Assembly (NCBI GenBank): GCA_050729515.1
Contig: JBOHLG010000002.1
Span: 124,352 to 188,351 of the forward strand
Length of the DNA stretch: 64,000 nt
Direction: 5' to 3'
DNA from: Caulobacteraceae bacterium
GTDB lineage: Bacteria; Pseudomonadota; Alphaproteobacteria; Caulobacterales; Caulobacteraceae
Position 1 is the stretch's first letter; every line of letters begins with the position of its first letter. Below, piece by piece: positions 33,010-42,389 of the stretch. The translations under genes and the position numbers were made by a program. The notes beneath the pieces were generated by a model. The model did no database searches, was not told where the DNA came from, and saw only the letters and a list, made by a program, of their open reading frames with translations.

Positions 33010-34401
33010 ATGCGCAGCGAGTCGCACCGTAGCGAAGGCGATCTTTTGCTGGTTGCGTTGCTGGCCGTTGTGTGTGGCGCAGCCACCGGCCTGATGGTGG
33101 CGATTTTTCGGTTGACCTTGGCCGACACAAATCGTTGGCGGGGCGATTTGATCGCCCAAGCCCATCGGATTGGCTTGGGCGCCTTCTTCCTCGTGGTCGT
33201 CGGATGTGCAGCCGCCGCGGCGACGGCAGCGTGGTTAGTGAGGCGATTTTCGACCTACGCGTCGGGCAGCGGAATCCCTGAAGTGGAAGCGGCTCTCGCC
33301 GGAACACTCCCGCCTGCGCCCGTGCGACGGATATTACTCGTCAAGTTCATCGGCGGGATATTGTCGATCGGCGGCGGCATGGCGCTCGGGCCGGAAGGAC
33401 CTGGGGCTCAGATGGGCGCCGTAAGCGGACGTCTACTTGGAAATTTGTTTCGCCGCGCCCGGCCGGACGTGCAGGCGTTGGTGGCGGCGGGCGCCGGGGC
33501 CGGCATAGGGGTCGCTTTCAACGCTCCGGTCGCCGGCGCCGTCTTCGTGCTCGAAGAACTCGTCCGGCGTTTTGAAATGCGGATCGCCGTAGCCGCGCTC
33601 GGCGCGGCGGCGACCGCGATCTTGGTTTCACGCCTGTTCCTTGGGGGCGCGCCCGAATTCCACGTTGTGGGCTTGGGGCGCCTTACGGCCGGCGCCGGCC
33701 CCCTGTCTTACGCCGGCGCCGCGACATGGCCGCTTTATCTCGCGCTCGGCGCCTTGGCGGGCATCGCCGCAGCCTTCTATAACTGGCTGATTATAAATGG
33801 CTTATCAGTATCCGACCGCTTCCATAGGTGGCCCGCCGAGGCGAAGGCGGCGGCGATTGGGGCCGTGGTCGGCGCGATCGGTTGGTTCGCGCCGAAACTG
33901 ATCGGCGCCGGCGATAATATTGCCCAGCTTGTTCTCGATGGTGGGGTCCTTGCCGGCGAAATACCGCTCTTCTTGGCGATCCGCTTCTTTCTGGGGCCTG
34001 CATCCTATGCCGCGCGCACGCCGGGCGGATTATTCGCGCCATTGTTGGTGCTCGGCGCGTTGATTGGATTTCTTCTGGGCGCGTTGTGCCAACGAGCTTT
34101 CCCCGCGCTCGCCATCGAGCCGCAGGCATTCGCCGTGGTTGGCATGGCGGCGTTCTTCACGGGTGTCGTTCGCGCGCCGATAACGGGGATCGTCCTCGTG
34201 ATCGAAATGACCGCCGCATTCGAGACTCTTCTGCCAATATTGGTCGCCTGCTTTGCAGCCATGGTTGCAGCAGACTTGCTCAATGTTCCTCCGATTTACG
34301 ATTCACTTCGTGAGCGTCTCGCCGCGGAACTGAAGCGGGGGCGAACTCCTCCCACAACTGCCGAAACTGATAGAGGCAAAAAAGTCCCCTCAGATTGCTA
34401 A
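33010..34401 (+). CDS. ClC-family H+/Cl- exchange transporter (voltage-gated chloride channel family)
   Basis: It has the selectivity-filter motifs GSGIPEVE, GPEGPGAQMG and GGLFAPLL. Confidence 0.9.
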   Translation: MRSESHRSEGDLLLVALLAVVCGAATGLMVAIFRLTLADTNRWRGDLIAQAHRIGLGAFFLVVVGCAAAAATAAWLVRRFSTYASGSGIPEVEAALAGTLPPAPVRRILLVKFIGGILSIGGGMALGPEGPGAQMGAVSGRLLGNLFRRARPDVQALVAAGAGAGIGVAFNAPVAGAVFVLEELVRRFEMRIAVAALGAAATAILVSRLFLGGAPEFHVVGLGRLTAGAGPLSYAGAATWPLYLALGALAGIAAAFYNWLIINGLSVSDRFHRWPAEAKAAAIGAVVGAIGWFAPKLIGAGDNIAQLVLDGGVLAGEIPLFLAIRFFLGPASYAARTPGGLFAPLLVLGALIGFLLGALCQRAFPALAIEPQAFAVVGMAAFFTGVVRAPITGIVLVIEMTAAFETLLPILVACFAAMVAADLLNVPPIYDSLRERLAAELKRGRTPPTTAETDRGKKVPSDC

Positions 34402-34501
34402 AAAGCGTGATCGTAGCGATGGCCAACGCCGCCGCCGTCAACTCGAAAATACGAGCCAGCGCCACCTGCACGGGCCTGCCCCTTCTGAGCTCCGGAGCTA
34501 C

Positions 34502-35515
34502 CTAGCCCCGGCCACGCTCTTGGGCGAGGCGGCGAGCGAGTACGGTGATCGTCGCCTCCGCCTCGGCGGCGATCTCGGCGACGATCTCGCCGGCGCCCTT
34601 GATCTCGCGAACCAGGCCGACGCCCTGGCCGGCCCACAGCGAAAGGGCCTCGATCTCTCCGTTCGCGCCTGGCGGAGGTGTGACCGCGGCGTAGCGAGGG
34701 AGGGGGCGACCGTCGCCAAGGCGGGCGACCGCTTCCCCCTCTCCAGGCCGCGCGCCCGAGGGCGGCCGTCCGGCCGCCTCCCAGGCCTCGAAGGTGGAGT
34801 TGCGCAGGGTGCGGTGCGGCGCATCCGGCCATCCAAGGTCATAGAGGCTGGACCACACCGTCGAGGTCTCCGTCGCGGCGATGAGGCGCCTCTGATAGTC
34901 GGGGTGGATCGCCGCCTCGCGGCTGGCCAGGAACCTCGTCCCGATCCACGCCCCAGTCGCCCCCAGCGCCAGGACCGCGGCGAGACCGGCCCCATCGACG
35001 ACGCCTCCTGCGGCGAGCACCGGAACGCCGCGGGCCGCCTCGACCACCACGCGAGTGAGGGGGAGAGTCGCGACTTCGCCCTTCACGTGGCCGCCGGCCT
35101 CCCACCCCTGGGCGACGAGGATATCGGGCCCACCATGGAGCGCCTCGCAGGCCTCCGCAGCGCTCGCCACCGTCTCGATGACGAGGCCGCCGGGGGCGTG
35201 GACCTTTTCGGCGAGCTTTCCGGGCCGCCCCCAGAAGAATGAGACGATCCGCGCCCCCGCCTCCAGACACGCCTCCAGCCGCTCCTCCTGGGGAAAGGCG
35301 AGGACGAGATTGATGCCGAAGGGCCTGGAGGTGAGCGCGCGCGTCGCGCGGATCTCCTCCTGCGCCTTCTCGATCGGCGTCCAGGAGAGCGCCAGCATGC
35401 CCAGGCCTCCCGCTTCGGAGACCGCCGCGGCCAGGGCTGGAGAGGTCGCCCCGCCCATCGGAGCCTGGATGACCGGATGGTCGATCCCCAGCGTCTGGGT
35501 CGCCGCCGTCCTCAT
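34502..35515 (-). CDS. Nitronate monooxygenase (NMO/2-nitropropane dioxygenase family)
   Basis: LGIDHPVIQAPMGGATSPALAAAVSEAGGLGML and the later GAWIGTRFL are typical NMO motifs. Confidence 0.85.
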   Translation of the reverse strand: MRTAATQTLGIDHPVIQAPMGGATSPALAAAVSEAGGLGMLALSWTPIEKAQEEIRATRALTSRPFGINLVLAFPQEERLEACLEAGARIVSFFWGRPGKLAEKVHAPGGLVIETVASAAEACEALHGGPDILVAQGWEAGGHVKGEVATLPLTRVVVEAARGVPVLAAGGVVDGAGLAAVLALGATGAWIGTRFLASREAAIHPDYQRRLIAATETSTVWSSLYDLGWPDAPHRTLRNSTFEAWEAAGRPPSGARPGEGEAVARLGDGRPLPRYAAVTPPPGANGEIEALSLWAGQGVGLVREIKGAGEIVAEIAAEAEATITVLARRLAQERGRG

Positions 35516-35572
35516 CGTGGCTTTCTCCTCGTGCTAAGCACCTTTGGATCAAACCACAGGCGAGGGGGCCTC

Positions 35573-37612
35573 ATGAAGAGCCGCTGGAAGGAGAAGGACG
35601 CGAGAGCGGCGCTCGTCCGATGGGGGGAGGCCGGCGACGACCTTGCCCTGCGCACCTACTCGGCCCGGCTCCTCGGCGCCGACCCATCCCTGGTCCTCCA
35701 CGGCGGCGGAAACACCTCGGTCAAGACCACGGCGCGCGATCTCTTCGGCGAGCAGATCGATATCCTCTGCGTCAAGGGGAGCGGCTGGGACCTCGCCGAG
35801 ATCGAGCCCGCCGGCCATCCGGCCGTGCGCCTTGTTCCGCTCCTTCGCCTTCGCACCCTCGATCGCCTCTCCGACGAGGAGATGGTCGACTTCCAGCGCG
35901 CCAATCTTCTTTCCCAGGCTTCGCCGAACCCGTCCGTGGAGACCCTCCTCCACGCGTTCCTGCCGGCGAAGTTCATCGATCACACCCATGCCGAGGCGAT
36001 CCTGGCGCTCGCCGACCAGCCGGACGCCGAAACGGTCGTGGAAACGGCGTTCAGCGCCCGCGTCGGCTTCGTTCCCTACGTGATGCCGGGCTTCGCCCTC
36101 GCCAAACGCGCCGCAAAGGTCTTCGAGGCCAACTCGACCATCGAGGGCCTCATCCTCGAAAAACACGGCGTCTTCTCGTTCGGGGCGAGCGCCAAGGAGA
36201 GCTACGAGAGGATGATCGCCCTCGTCTCGACGGCCGAAGCCGTGATCGCCGCCCGATCAAAGGGCGAAGCGAAGAGGCCCGCGCCCCGGCCCCGCATCGC
36301 CAGGCTCGAGCCGGCGGCGGCGCTTCCCATCGTCCGCGGCCTCCTCGCCGAAGCGGCCGGGGACATTCATCCGCGCCACTGGATCTTCGATCTCAGAAGC
36401 GAGGGCGCGGCGCGCCGCCTCGCCGACCATCCGCGCCTGGCCGAGCTGGCCCAAAGGGGCGTGGCGACACCCGACCACGTCATCCGCACCAAGCCTGTCC
36501 CTCTCATCCTGCCGGCGTCCGGCCCCGACGCGGCGGCTTGGCGCAGGGCCGCCGCCGCCGCGCTCGAGGCGTTCGTCGCCCAATACCGGGCCTATTTCGC
36601 GCGCAACGCCGCGCGCGCTCCCTCGTCCAAGACGCCGCTCGATCCCCTGCCGAGGGTCCTCGCCATTCCGGGATTGGGCCTCGTCGGGGTCGGCCAAAAC
36701 GCCAAGGCGGCGGGGACCGCGGCGGACATCGCCGCTTCCTGGGCGCGCACGCTTCTCGCCGCCGAGGCGGTGGGGCGTTTTACGCCGGTCTCCGAGGAAG
36801 AGACCTTCGATCTCGAATACTGGTCGCTCGAACAGGCCAAGCTCGGCAAGGAGAAGCCGCTTCGGCTCGCCGGCAATGTCGTCCTCATCACCGGGGCGGC
36901 GGGGAGCATCGGGAGCGCGACCGCCCGCGCTTTCGCCCTTCAGGGCGCCGAAATCGCCGCGCTCGATCTTTCAGAGCCCGCGCCGGGGATCCTTCCCGCC
37001 GGCGCCCGCTTCCATCGCTGCGATGTCTCCAAAGCACGTGAAGTGCGCGCCGCCTTCGACGCGATCGCGGCGCGCTTCGGCGGCATCGACATCGTGGTCT
37101 CCAACGCCGGCTCGGCGCTCGCCGGCGAGATGGCCGAGATGGACGAGAGGCAGCTTCGGGCGAGCTTCGATCTCAACTTCTTCGCCCATCAGATTGTTGC
37201 GCGCGAGGCGGTGCGCGTCTTCCGCGCCCAGGGGATGGGCGGGGCGCTCCTATTCAACGTCTCCAAGCAGGCGGTGAATCCCGGCCCGGCGTTCGGAGCC
37301 TACGGAACCGCCAAGGCCGCGCTCCTCGCCCTTGTCCGCCAATACGCCCTCGAGCATGGGGCCGAGGGGGTGCGCGTCAACGCCGTCAACGCCGACCGCA
37401 TCCGCTCGGGCCTCCTCACCCAAGGGATGATCGCCCAGAGGGCGAAAGCGCGTGGCCTTTCCGAAGAGGCCTACATGAAGGGCAACCTTCTTGGCCGGGA
37501 GGTGACCGCCGAGGATGTCGCCGAGGCTTTCGTCTTCGCCTCTCTGATGCGCGCCTCAACCGGCGCGGTGATCACCGTCGATGGCGGCAACATCGCGGCG
37601 ATGATGCGCTGA
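35573..37612 (+). CDS. Bifunctional class-II aldolase/short-chain dehydrogenase
   Basis: I trimmed the start to ATG 35573. The N-terminal aldolase-like part (LVLHGGGNTSVK...CVKGSGWDL) is joined to a C-terminal SDR (ITGAAGSIGSATA ... YGTAKAA). At 679 aa its length matches this fusion family. Confidence 0.85.
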   Translation: MKSRWKEKDARAALVRWGEAGDDLALRTYSARLLGADPSLVLHGGGNTSVKTTARDLFGEQIDILCVKGSGWDLAEIEPAGHPAVRLVPLLRLRTLDRLSDEEMVDFQRANLLSQASPNPSVETLLHAFLPAKFIDHTHAEAILALADQPDAETVVETAFSARVGFVPYVMPGFALAKRAAKVFEANSTIEGLILEKHGVFSFGASAKESYERMIALVSTAEAVIAARSKGEAKRPAPRPRIARLEPAAALPIVRGLLAEAAGDIHPRHWIFDLRSEGAARRLADHPRLAELAQRGVATPDHVIRTKPVPLILPASGPDAAAWRRAAAAALEAFVAQYRAYFARNAARAPSSKTPLDPLPRVLAIPGLGLVGVGQNAKAAGTAADIAASWARTLLAAEAVGRFTPVSEEETFDLEYWSLEQAKLGKEKPLRLAGNVVLITGAAGSIGSATARAFALQGAEIAALDLSEPAPGILPAGARFHRCDVSKAREVRAAFDAIAARFGGIDIVVSNAGSALAGEMAEMDERQLRASFDLNFFAHQIVAREAVRVFRAQGMGGALLFNVSKQAVNPGPAFGAYGTAKAALLALVRQYALEHGAEGVRVNAVNADRIRSGLLTQGMIAQRAKARGLSEEAYMKGNLLGREVTAEDVAEAFVFASLMRASTGAVITVDGGNIAAMMR

Positions 37613-37627
37613 GCGAAAGCGCGAGAC

Positions 37628-38122
37628 TCAGTCCTTCGTCGGTGGGCAGCCGGTGAACCGGCCGATCTCGGTCACGGTCAGGGTGGAGAGGTTGAGGGCC
37701 ATGAGCGGGGTCATGGAGGCCGCGCCCCAGCCGGTGAAGAGATCGATCCGGCCCTTGTGGATCGCCGAGCCCTTGTCGGTGGCGTACCAGTAGCCGTCGT
37801 GCTTTCCCCCGCCCGGGAGCGGCATCCCCACGGTCTGTTTGATGAAGAGGACGGTGTGCTCGGGGATCTGTCTGGGGTCCACCGCGACGGTGCGCATTGG
37901 AACCACCTTGCAGCCCGAGGCGTCGCGCGTCCCGACCCCGCCTCCGACGTGATAGAGCGTCGCCTTGAGACCGAAAGTGGCGAGGATCGGCTTCAGGGTC
38001 GACTCGACCTTGCCGATGAGATCGCCGATCGGATCGCCGAAGGCGCCTTTGACCTGGGCGGCCTGGGCGCCCAAAGGCGTGAGAATCAAAAGCGCGGCGG
38101 CCCACGCGGCGCGTCGATTCAT
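37628..38122 (-). CDS. Secreted 3D-domain protein (MltA-like 3D domain)
   Basis: It has a signal peptide (AAALLILTPLGAQA). The run ...RTVAVDPRQIPEHTVLFIK...YWYATDKGSAIHKGRIDLFTGWG is the 3D-domain pattern. Confidence 0.7.
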   Translation of the reverse strand: MNRRAAWAAALLILTPLGAQAAQVKGAFGDPIGDLIGKVESTLKPILATFGLKATLYHVGGGVGTRDASGCKVVPMRTVAVDPRQIPEHTVLFIKQTVGMPLPGGGKHDGYWYATDKGSAIHKGRIDLFTGWGAASMTPLMALNLSTLTVTEIGRFTGCPPTKD

Positions 38123-38205
38123 GCTCTGACCCCCCGATTCCCGTCCGGCGGCGAAGCTTCTCTACAAGATGTGATGCAATCGGCGCAACCCCTTGGGAAG
38201 CGTCG

Positions 38206-38399
38206 GATCGTCGCGCCCCCAAGATCAAGATCAGATCACCGCAGCGATCAAAGAAGATCGCGGTTTCTTGATCCACGGTTCATTTACTATAATCTCAACT
38301 ATTGCCGACACTGGATCCAAGCGTATCAAGACGTATTCATCAGACCATCGGATAGCCGTTCACCGGAGCATGAACGGGCTTGGCTTTAGTTGTGGATAA
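38206..38399. promoter_or_regulatory. AT-rich divergent intergenic region with a GATC cluster, DnaA-box-like motifs and a TATAAT hexamer
   Basis: Six GATC sites lie within 38206-38273, including AAGATCAAGATCAGATCA and the near-palindrome GATCAAAGAAgatcgcggTTTCTTGATC. TGATCCACG is at 38269-38277 and TATAAT at 38288-38293. TGTGGATAA, the reverse complement of TTATCCACA, is at 38391-38399. Confidence 0.4.
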
Positions 38400-38494
38400 C
38401 TGCGGTCTTGCGAGCCGTCGCGCCCTGGGCCATGACCCATTTCGCCAGCGTCCTTCGCCGCTTGCGCAAGGCTCTTCAAAGGTGCTTCGGGCCC

Positions 38495-39520
38495 ATGACC
38501 CGCTTGCCGACAGCGGCCCTCGCCGCCTTCGCCGCGTTCTTCCTTGCGTCCCCCGCCGCGCTCGCCTGGGGTTCGAGCGGCCACCGGATCATCGGACGCG
38601 TCGCGGTCGGAGCTCTCCCGGCCGACCTTCCGGCCTTTATCCGCTCGAAGGAGGCGATAGCCAAGGTCGGGGAACTCTCGCGTGAGCCGGACCGCTGGAA
38701 GGGCGCAGGCAAGACCCACGACGCCGATCTCTCGCCGGCCCATTATGTCGATGTCGATGACCGTGCGAGGGTGCTCGGCGGACCTGCCCTCACCGATCTT
38801 CCCGACACCAGGGGCGCGTACGAGCGCGATCTCCGCCGGGTCGGGGCGGACGGCTGGCGAGCCGGCTATCTTCCCTACTCCATCGTCGAGACCTGGCAGC
38901 AGCTCGCCTTCGATTTCGCCTATTGGCGGGCGGATGCCGCCGGCGCCCGCATGGACCCCGATCCCGCCCACCGCTCATGGCTCGCCGCCGATGAAGCCGA
39001 GCGCGAAGCTCTCACCCTTCGCGATCTGGGGGTCCTTTCCCACTACGTGGGCGATGGCAGCCAGCCGCTCCACGTCACCTGGCACTTCAACGGTTGGGGA
39101 CCGCACCCCAATCCCGAAGGGTTCACCAACGATCCGATCCACATCCCTTTCGAGGGGCCGTTCGTGCGAAGCTTCGTGACGCCCCAGATGGTGGAAGCGC
39201 GCCTTAGCCCCTACCGGGCCGACCCCCGACCGATCCTGAAGCGCGTCGAAGCCTACCTCCTGGCGACCAATCGCGAGGTCGTTCCCCTTTACCGGTTGTG
39301 GAAGGCGGGCGGCTTCGCCCCAGGCGACCCCAAGGCCGATCTCAGGGGCGAGGCCTTCGCCGCCGATCGCCTGGCGGACGGCGCCTCGGAGCTGCGCGAC
39401 CTCGTCGTCGACGCCTGGAAAAAGAGCGAGGATGACGAAGTCGGCTGGCCGGCGGTCCCGGTGAAAGCGATCGAGGCGGGAAAGATCGATCCCTACGACT
39501 CCCTCTATGGGACCGACTGA
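38495..39520 (+). CDS. S1/P1-family nuclease (secreted)
   Basis: I trimmed the start to ATG 38495. A signal peptide (AALAAFAAFFLASPAALA) is followed directly by WGSSGH. Further on come HYVDVDD and HYVGDGSQPLHV, which are S1/P1 metal-ligand motifs. Confidence 0.7.
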   Translation: MTRLPTAALAAFAAFFLASPAALAWGSSGHRIIGRVAVGALPADLPAFIRSKEAIAKVGELSREPDRWKGAGKTHDADLSPAHYVDVDDRARVLGGPALTDLPDTRGAYERDLRRVGADGWRAGYLPYSIVETWQQLAFDFAYWRADAAGARMDPDPAHRSWLAADEAEREALTLRDLGVLSHYVGDGSQPLHVTWHFNGWGPHPNPEGFTNDPIHIPFEGPFVRSFVTPQMVEARLSPYRADPRPILKRVEAYLLATNREVVPLYRLWKAGGFAPGDPKADLRGEAFAADRLADGASELRDLVVDAWKKSEDDEVGWPAVPVKAIEAGKIDPYDSLYGTD

Positions 39521-39523
39521 GCC

Positions 39524-40414
39524 GTGACCGCCAGGATCATCGAAGCTGGCGACATCGCCTCGGCCCTGGTGGAGAAGGTCGCCGCCGGGGCGGCGGAATT
39601 GATGGCGCGCACTGGAGCAAGGCCTGGTCTGGCGGTGATCCTCGCCGGCGATGATCCGGCGAGCGCCATCTACGTCCGATCCAAGGCGGAGCAGAGCCGC
39701 GCCGCCGGATTCCACTCGGAGATCCATCGCCTCTCCGCCAATGTCTCCCAGGCCGAGCTCGAGGCCCTGGTGGGGCGCCTCAACGCCGACCGCGCCATCC
39801 ATGGCGTACTGGTCCAGCTTCCCCTGCCGGCTGGTCTCAGCGCCGCCGCCGTCCTCGCCCGGCTCGATCCGGCCAAGGACGTCGATGGCCTCACTCTGGA
39901 AAGCGCAGGGCGTCTGGCGAGCGGCCTTGCGGGCCTCGTCCCCTGCACGCCCAAGGGCTGCATGATCCTCCTTTCGGAGACCCTGGGCGAGTTCTCCGGC
40001 AAGGAAGCGGTAGTGGTCGGCCGCTCGATCCTGGTCGGCCGCCCGATCGCCCAACTCCTGCTTGGAGCAGACTGCACGGTCACCATGGCGCACTCCAAGA
40101 CAATCGACCTTCCCGCCGTTTGCCGTCGGGCCGACATCCTCATCGTCGCCGCCGGGCGGGCGGAGATGGTGCGCGGCTCATGGATCAAGCCTGGCGCCGC
40201 GGTTATCGACGTGGGGATCAATCGCGTTCCCTTCCGCGATCCGGTGAAGGCCGCCGCCGGCAAGACCAAGGTGGTGGGCGATGTCGCCTTCAAGGAGGCG
40301 GCGGAGGTCGCCGACTGGATCACCAAGGTGCCCGGCGGGGTGGGTCTGATGACCGTCGCCTGCCTGCTCTCCAACACCCTGCTCGCCGCACGCCGCAGTC
40401 TCGGATTGGAGTGA
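39524..40414 (+). CDS. folD: Bifunctional methylenetetrahydrofolate dehydrogenase (NADP+)/methenyltetrahydrofolate cyclohydrolase
   Basis: GLAVILAGDDPASAIYVRSK, VDGLTLESAGRL, VPCTPKGCMILL, VVGRSILVGRPIAQLL and PGGVGLMTVACLL are canonical FolD motifs. The start is GTG. Confidence 0.92.
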   Translation: MTARIIEAGDIASALVEKVAAGAAELMARTGARPGLAVILAGDDPASAIYVRSKAEQSRAAGFHSEIHRLSANVSQAELEALVGRLNADRAIHGVLVQLPLPAGLSAAAVLARLDPAKDVDGLTLESAGRLASGLAGLVPCTPKGCMILLSETLGEFSGKEAVVVGRSILVGRPIAQLLLGADCTVTMAHSKTIDLPAVCRRADILIVAAGRAEMVRGSWIKPGAAVIDVGINRVPFRDPVKAAAGKTKVVGDVAFKEAAEVADWITKVPGGVGLMTVACLLSNTLLAARRSLGLE

Positions 40415-40444
40415 ACTTTCCCTGCCCGTGGTAGTCTTTCCGCC

Positions 40445-41164
40445 ATGGCCGAATCGATGACCGGAAGGGTGAGCGTCTCGGCGAGTGGCCCGGCAAGTGG
40501 CCCGGGGAGCGGATCGGGTATGTTCGGCTGGATCCGGGCCCTGATGCCGCGCGAAGAGCACTTCTTCGAGCTCTTCTCCTCGCACGCCCGAACGCTCCTC
40601 GCTGGAGCGAGGGCGCTGGCCCGCCTCATCGAGGGCGGGGCGGGCATGGCCGAAGCGTCGGCCGAAATCGCCGCCCGGGAGGACGAGGCCGATCACATCA
40701 CCCGCGACATCCTCCTGGCGGTGCGACGCACCTTCATCACCCCCTTCGACCGCGGCGACATCTCCGATCTGGCTGGCCTTCTCGACGACGCCATCGACCA
40801 GATGTTCAAGACGTCCAAGACCATCCACCTCTTCGAGGTGACAAGCTTCGCCCCCGATATGAAGCGGATGGCCGAGATCATCGTGGCGGCGGCCGAGCGC
40901 ACTCTCGAGGCGATCGACCTGCTCTCGGCCATGCGCCGCAACACCGCCCGCCTCAACGCCATCAGCGAGGAGATCATCGCCCTGGAGGAGGAAGCCGACG
41001 GCCTCTACGACGCCGGGCGCAAGGCCCTCTTCCTCGCCCACCGCAGCGGACCGGCGATGGACTACATCGTCGGCGACGACATCTTCAGCCACCTCGAGAA
41101 GGTAGTCGACCGCTTCGAGGACGTCGCCAACCGGATCAGCGCCATCCTGATCGAGAACGTCTAG
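40445..41164 (+). CDS. DUF47-family (PhoU-like) phosphate-transport regulator
   Basis: FFELFSSHARTLLAGA...DEADHITRDILLAVRRTFITPFDRGDI...EEEADGLYDA is the typical DUF47 pattern found upstream of pit. The start may instead be ATG 40520 (MFGWIRAL...). Confidence 0.8.
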   Translation: MAESMTGRVSVSASGPASGPGSGSGMFGWIRALMPREEHFFELFSSHARTLLAGARALARLIEGGAGMAEASAEIAAREDEADHITRDILLAVRRTFITPFDRGDISDLAGLLDDAIDQMFKTSKTIHLFEVTSFAPDMKRMAEIIVAAAERTLEAIDLLSAMRRNTARLNAISEEIIALEEEADGLYDAGRKALFLAHRSGPAMDYIVGDDIFSHLEKVVDRFEDVANRISAILIENV

Positions 41165-41327
41165 TGCCGTGAATTGGACGTTCGTTTCAATTTTTGGGGA
41201 AGGCTCAGTGACGAACGTCAAATTCGTCAACGACGCTAGAATCATTAGCTGTCTAGTGCCCTTCTCGATTCCGACGTTCGGCCGGCGTTCGCCCCAGGCG
41301 GATCGAACGTCGGAATCGGGACACTAG
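41161..41327. repeat. Two CTAG-ended palindromic elements (79 and 75 nt) between the DUF47 gene and pit
   Basis: Element A (41161-41239) is CTAGTGccgtGAATTGGACGTTCGT...ACGAACGTCAAATTCgtcaacgacgCTAG. Element B (41253-41327) is CTAGTGCCCTTCTCGATTCCGACGTTCG...CGAACGTCGGAATCGGGACACTAG. Confidence 0.7.
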
Positions 41328-41390
41328 CGCGGCCATGGCCGAAGCCGGAGTGACCGCCCCCGATGACGGCCCCCGGACGATTGGCCCCAG

Positions 41391-42389
41391 ATGACCGGAG
41401 TGACCCTGGCGCTCGTCGCTCTCATCGCCGTCGCGCTCATCTTCGATTTCCTGAACGGTTTCCACGATGCGGCCAATTCCATCGCCACCGTCGTCTCCAC
41501 CCGCGTCCTTCCGCCCCGCGTGGCGGTCGCCTGGGCCGCCTTCTTCAACTTCATCGCCTTCCTCGTGTTCGGTCTGCACGTCGCCAAGACCGTCGGATCG
41601 GGGATCATCTCGCCTTCGATCATCGATGATGCGGTGATCTTCGGGGCGCTCTTCGGGGCGATCGTGTGGGACATCGTCACCTGGCTTCTAGGCCTTCCGA
41701 CCAGTTCCTCGCACGCCCTCATCGGAGGCCTCATCGGGGCGGGTCTGGCCAAGGCGGGGCCTTCGGCAGTGGTCGCCGACGGGGTGATCAAGACCGCGCT
41801 CGGCATCGTCATCTCTCCGGCGATCGGGTTCATCCTCGCCGTCCTTCTCGCCCTGGCGATCGCCTGGATGTTCATCCGATCCACGCCGGCCCTGGTGGAC
41901 GGGATCTTCCGTCGCCTTCAGTACATTTCGGCCGCCGCCTACTCCCTCTCCCATGGCGGCAATGACGCTCAGAAGACCATGGGGGTCATCGCCGTCCTCC
42001 TCTTCGCCCATCATCTGGAGACCGGCGGCTTTCATGTGCCGCTCTGGGTGGTGCTCGCCTGCCAGGCGGCCATGGGCCTTGGGACCCTTTTCGGCGGCTG
42101 GAGGATTGTGCGCACCATGGGAAGCCGCATCACCACCTTGAGGCCGGTGCAGGGCTTCTGCGCCGAGACCGGAGGGGCATCGGCGATTTTCCTCGCCACC
42201 TGGCTTGGCGTGCCGGTCTCCACCACCCACACCATCACCGGCGGCATCGTCGGGGTGGGGACAGCGAGGAACGCCTCCGCGGTGCGCTGGCGCGTCGCCA
42301 AGGACATCGTGATCGCCTGGATCGTCACCATGCCCGCCGCCGGCCTCATCGCCGCCGCCGCGACCTTCGCCGCCGAAGGGTTCCACTAG
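41391..42389 (+). CDS. PiT-family inorganic phosphate transporter
   Basis: FDFLNGFHDAANSIATVVSTRVL near the N-terminus and HGGNDAQKTMGVI in the second half are the duplicated PiT signatures. Confidence 0.9.
   Translation: MTGVTLALVALIAVALIFDFLNGFHDAANSIATVVSTRVLPPRVAVAWAAFFNFIAFLVFGLHVAKTVGSGIISPSIIDDAVIFGALFGAIVWDIVTWLLGLPTSSSHALIGGLIGAGLAKAGPSAVVADGVIKTALGIVISPAIGFILAVLLALAIAWMFIRSTPALVDGIFRRLQYISAAAYSLSHGGNDAQKTMGVIAVLLFAHHLETGGFHVPLWVVLACQAAMGLGTLFGGWRIVRTMGSRITTLRPVQGFCAETGGASAIFLATWLGVPVSTTHTITGGIVGVGTARNASAVRWRVAKDIVIAWIVTMPAAGLIAAAATFAAEGFH

Noticed and set aside
38200-38400. A chromosomal replication origin (oriC), because of the perfect DnaA box and the AT-rich, GATC-dense DNA.
   Set aside because: Only one perfect and one 8/9 DnaA-box-like motif are visible. 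There is no obvious DUE with repeated AT-rich 13-mers. The neighbouring genes (3D-domain protein, S1/P1 nuclease, folD) are not typical alphaproteobacterial origin flanks. I keep it as a regulatory-region finding.
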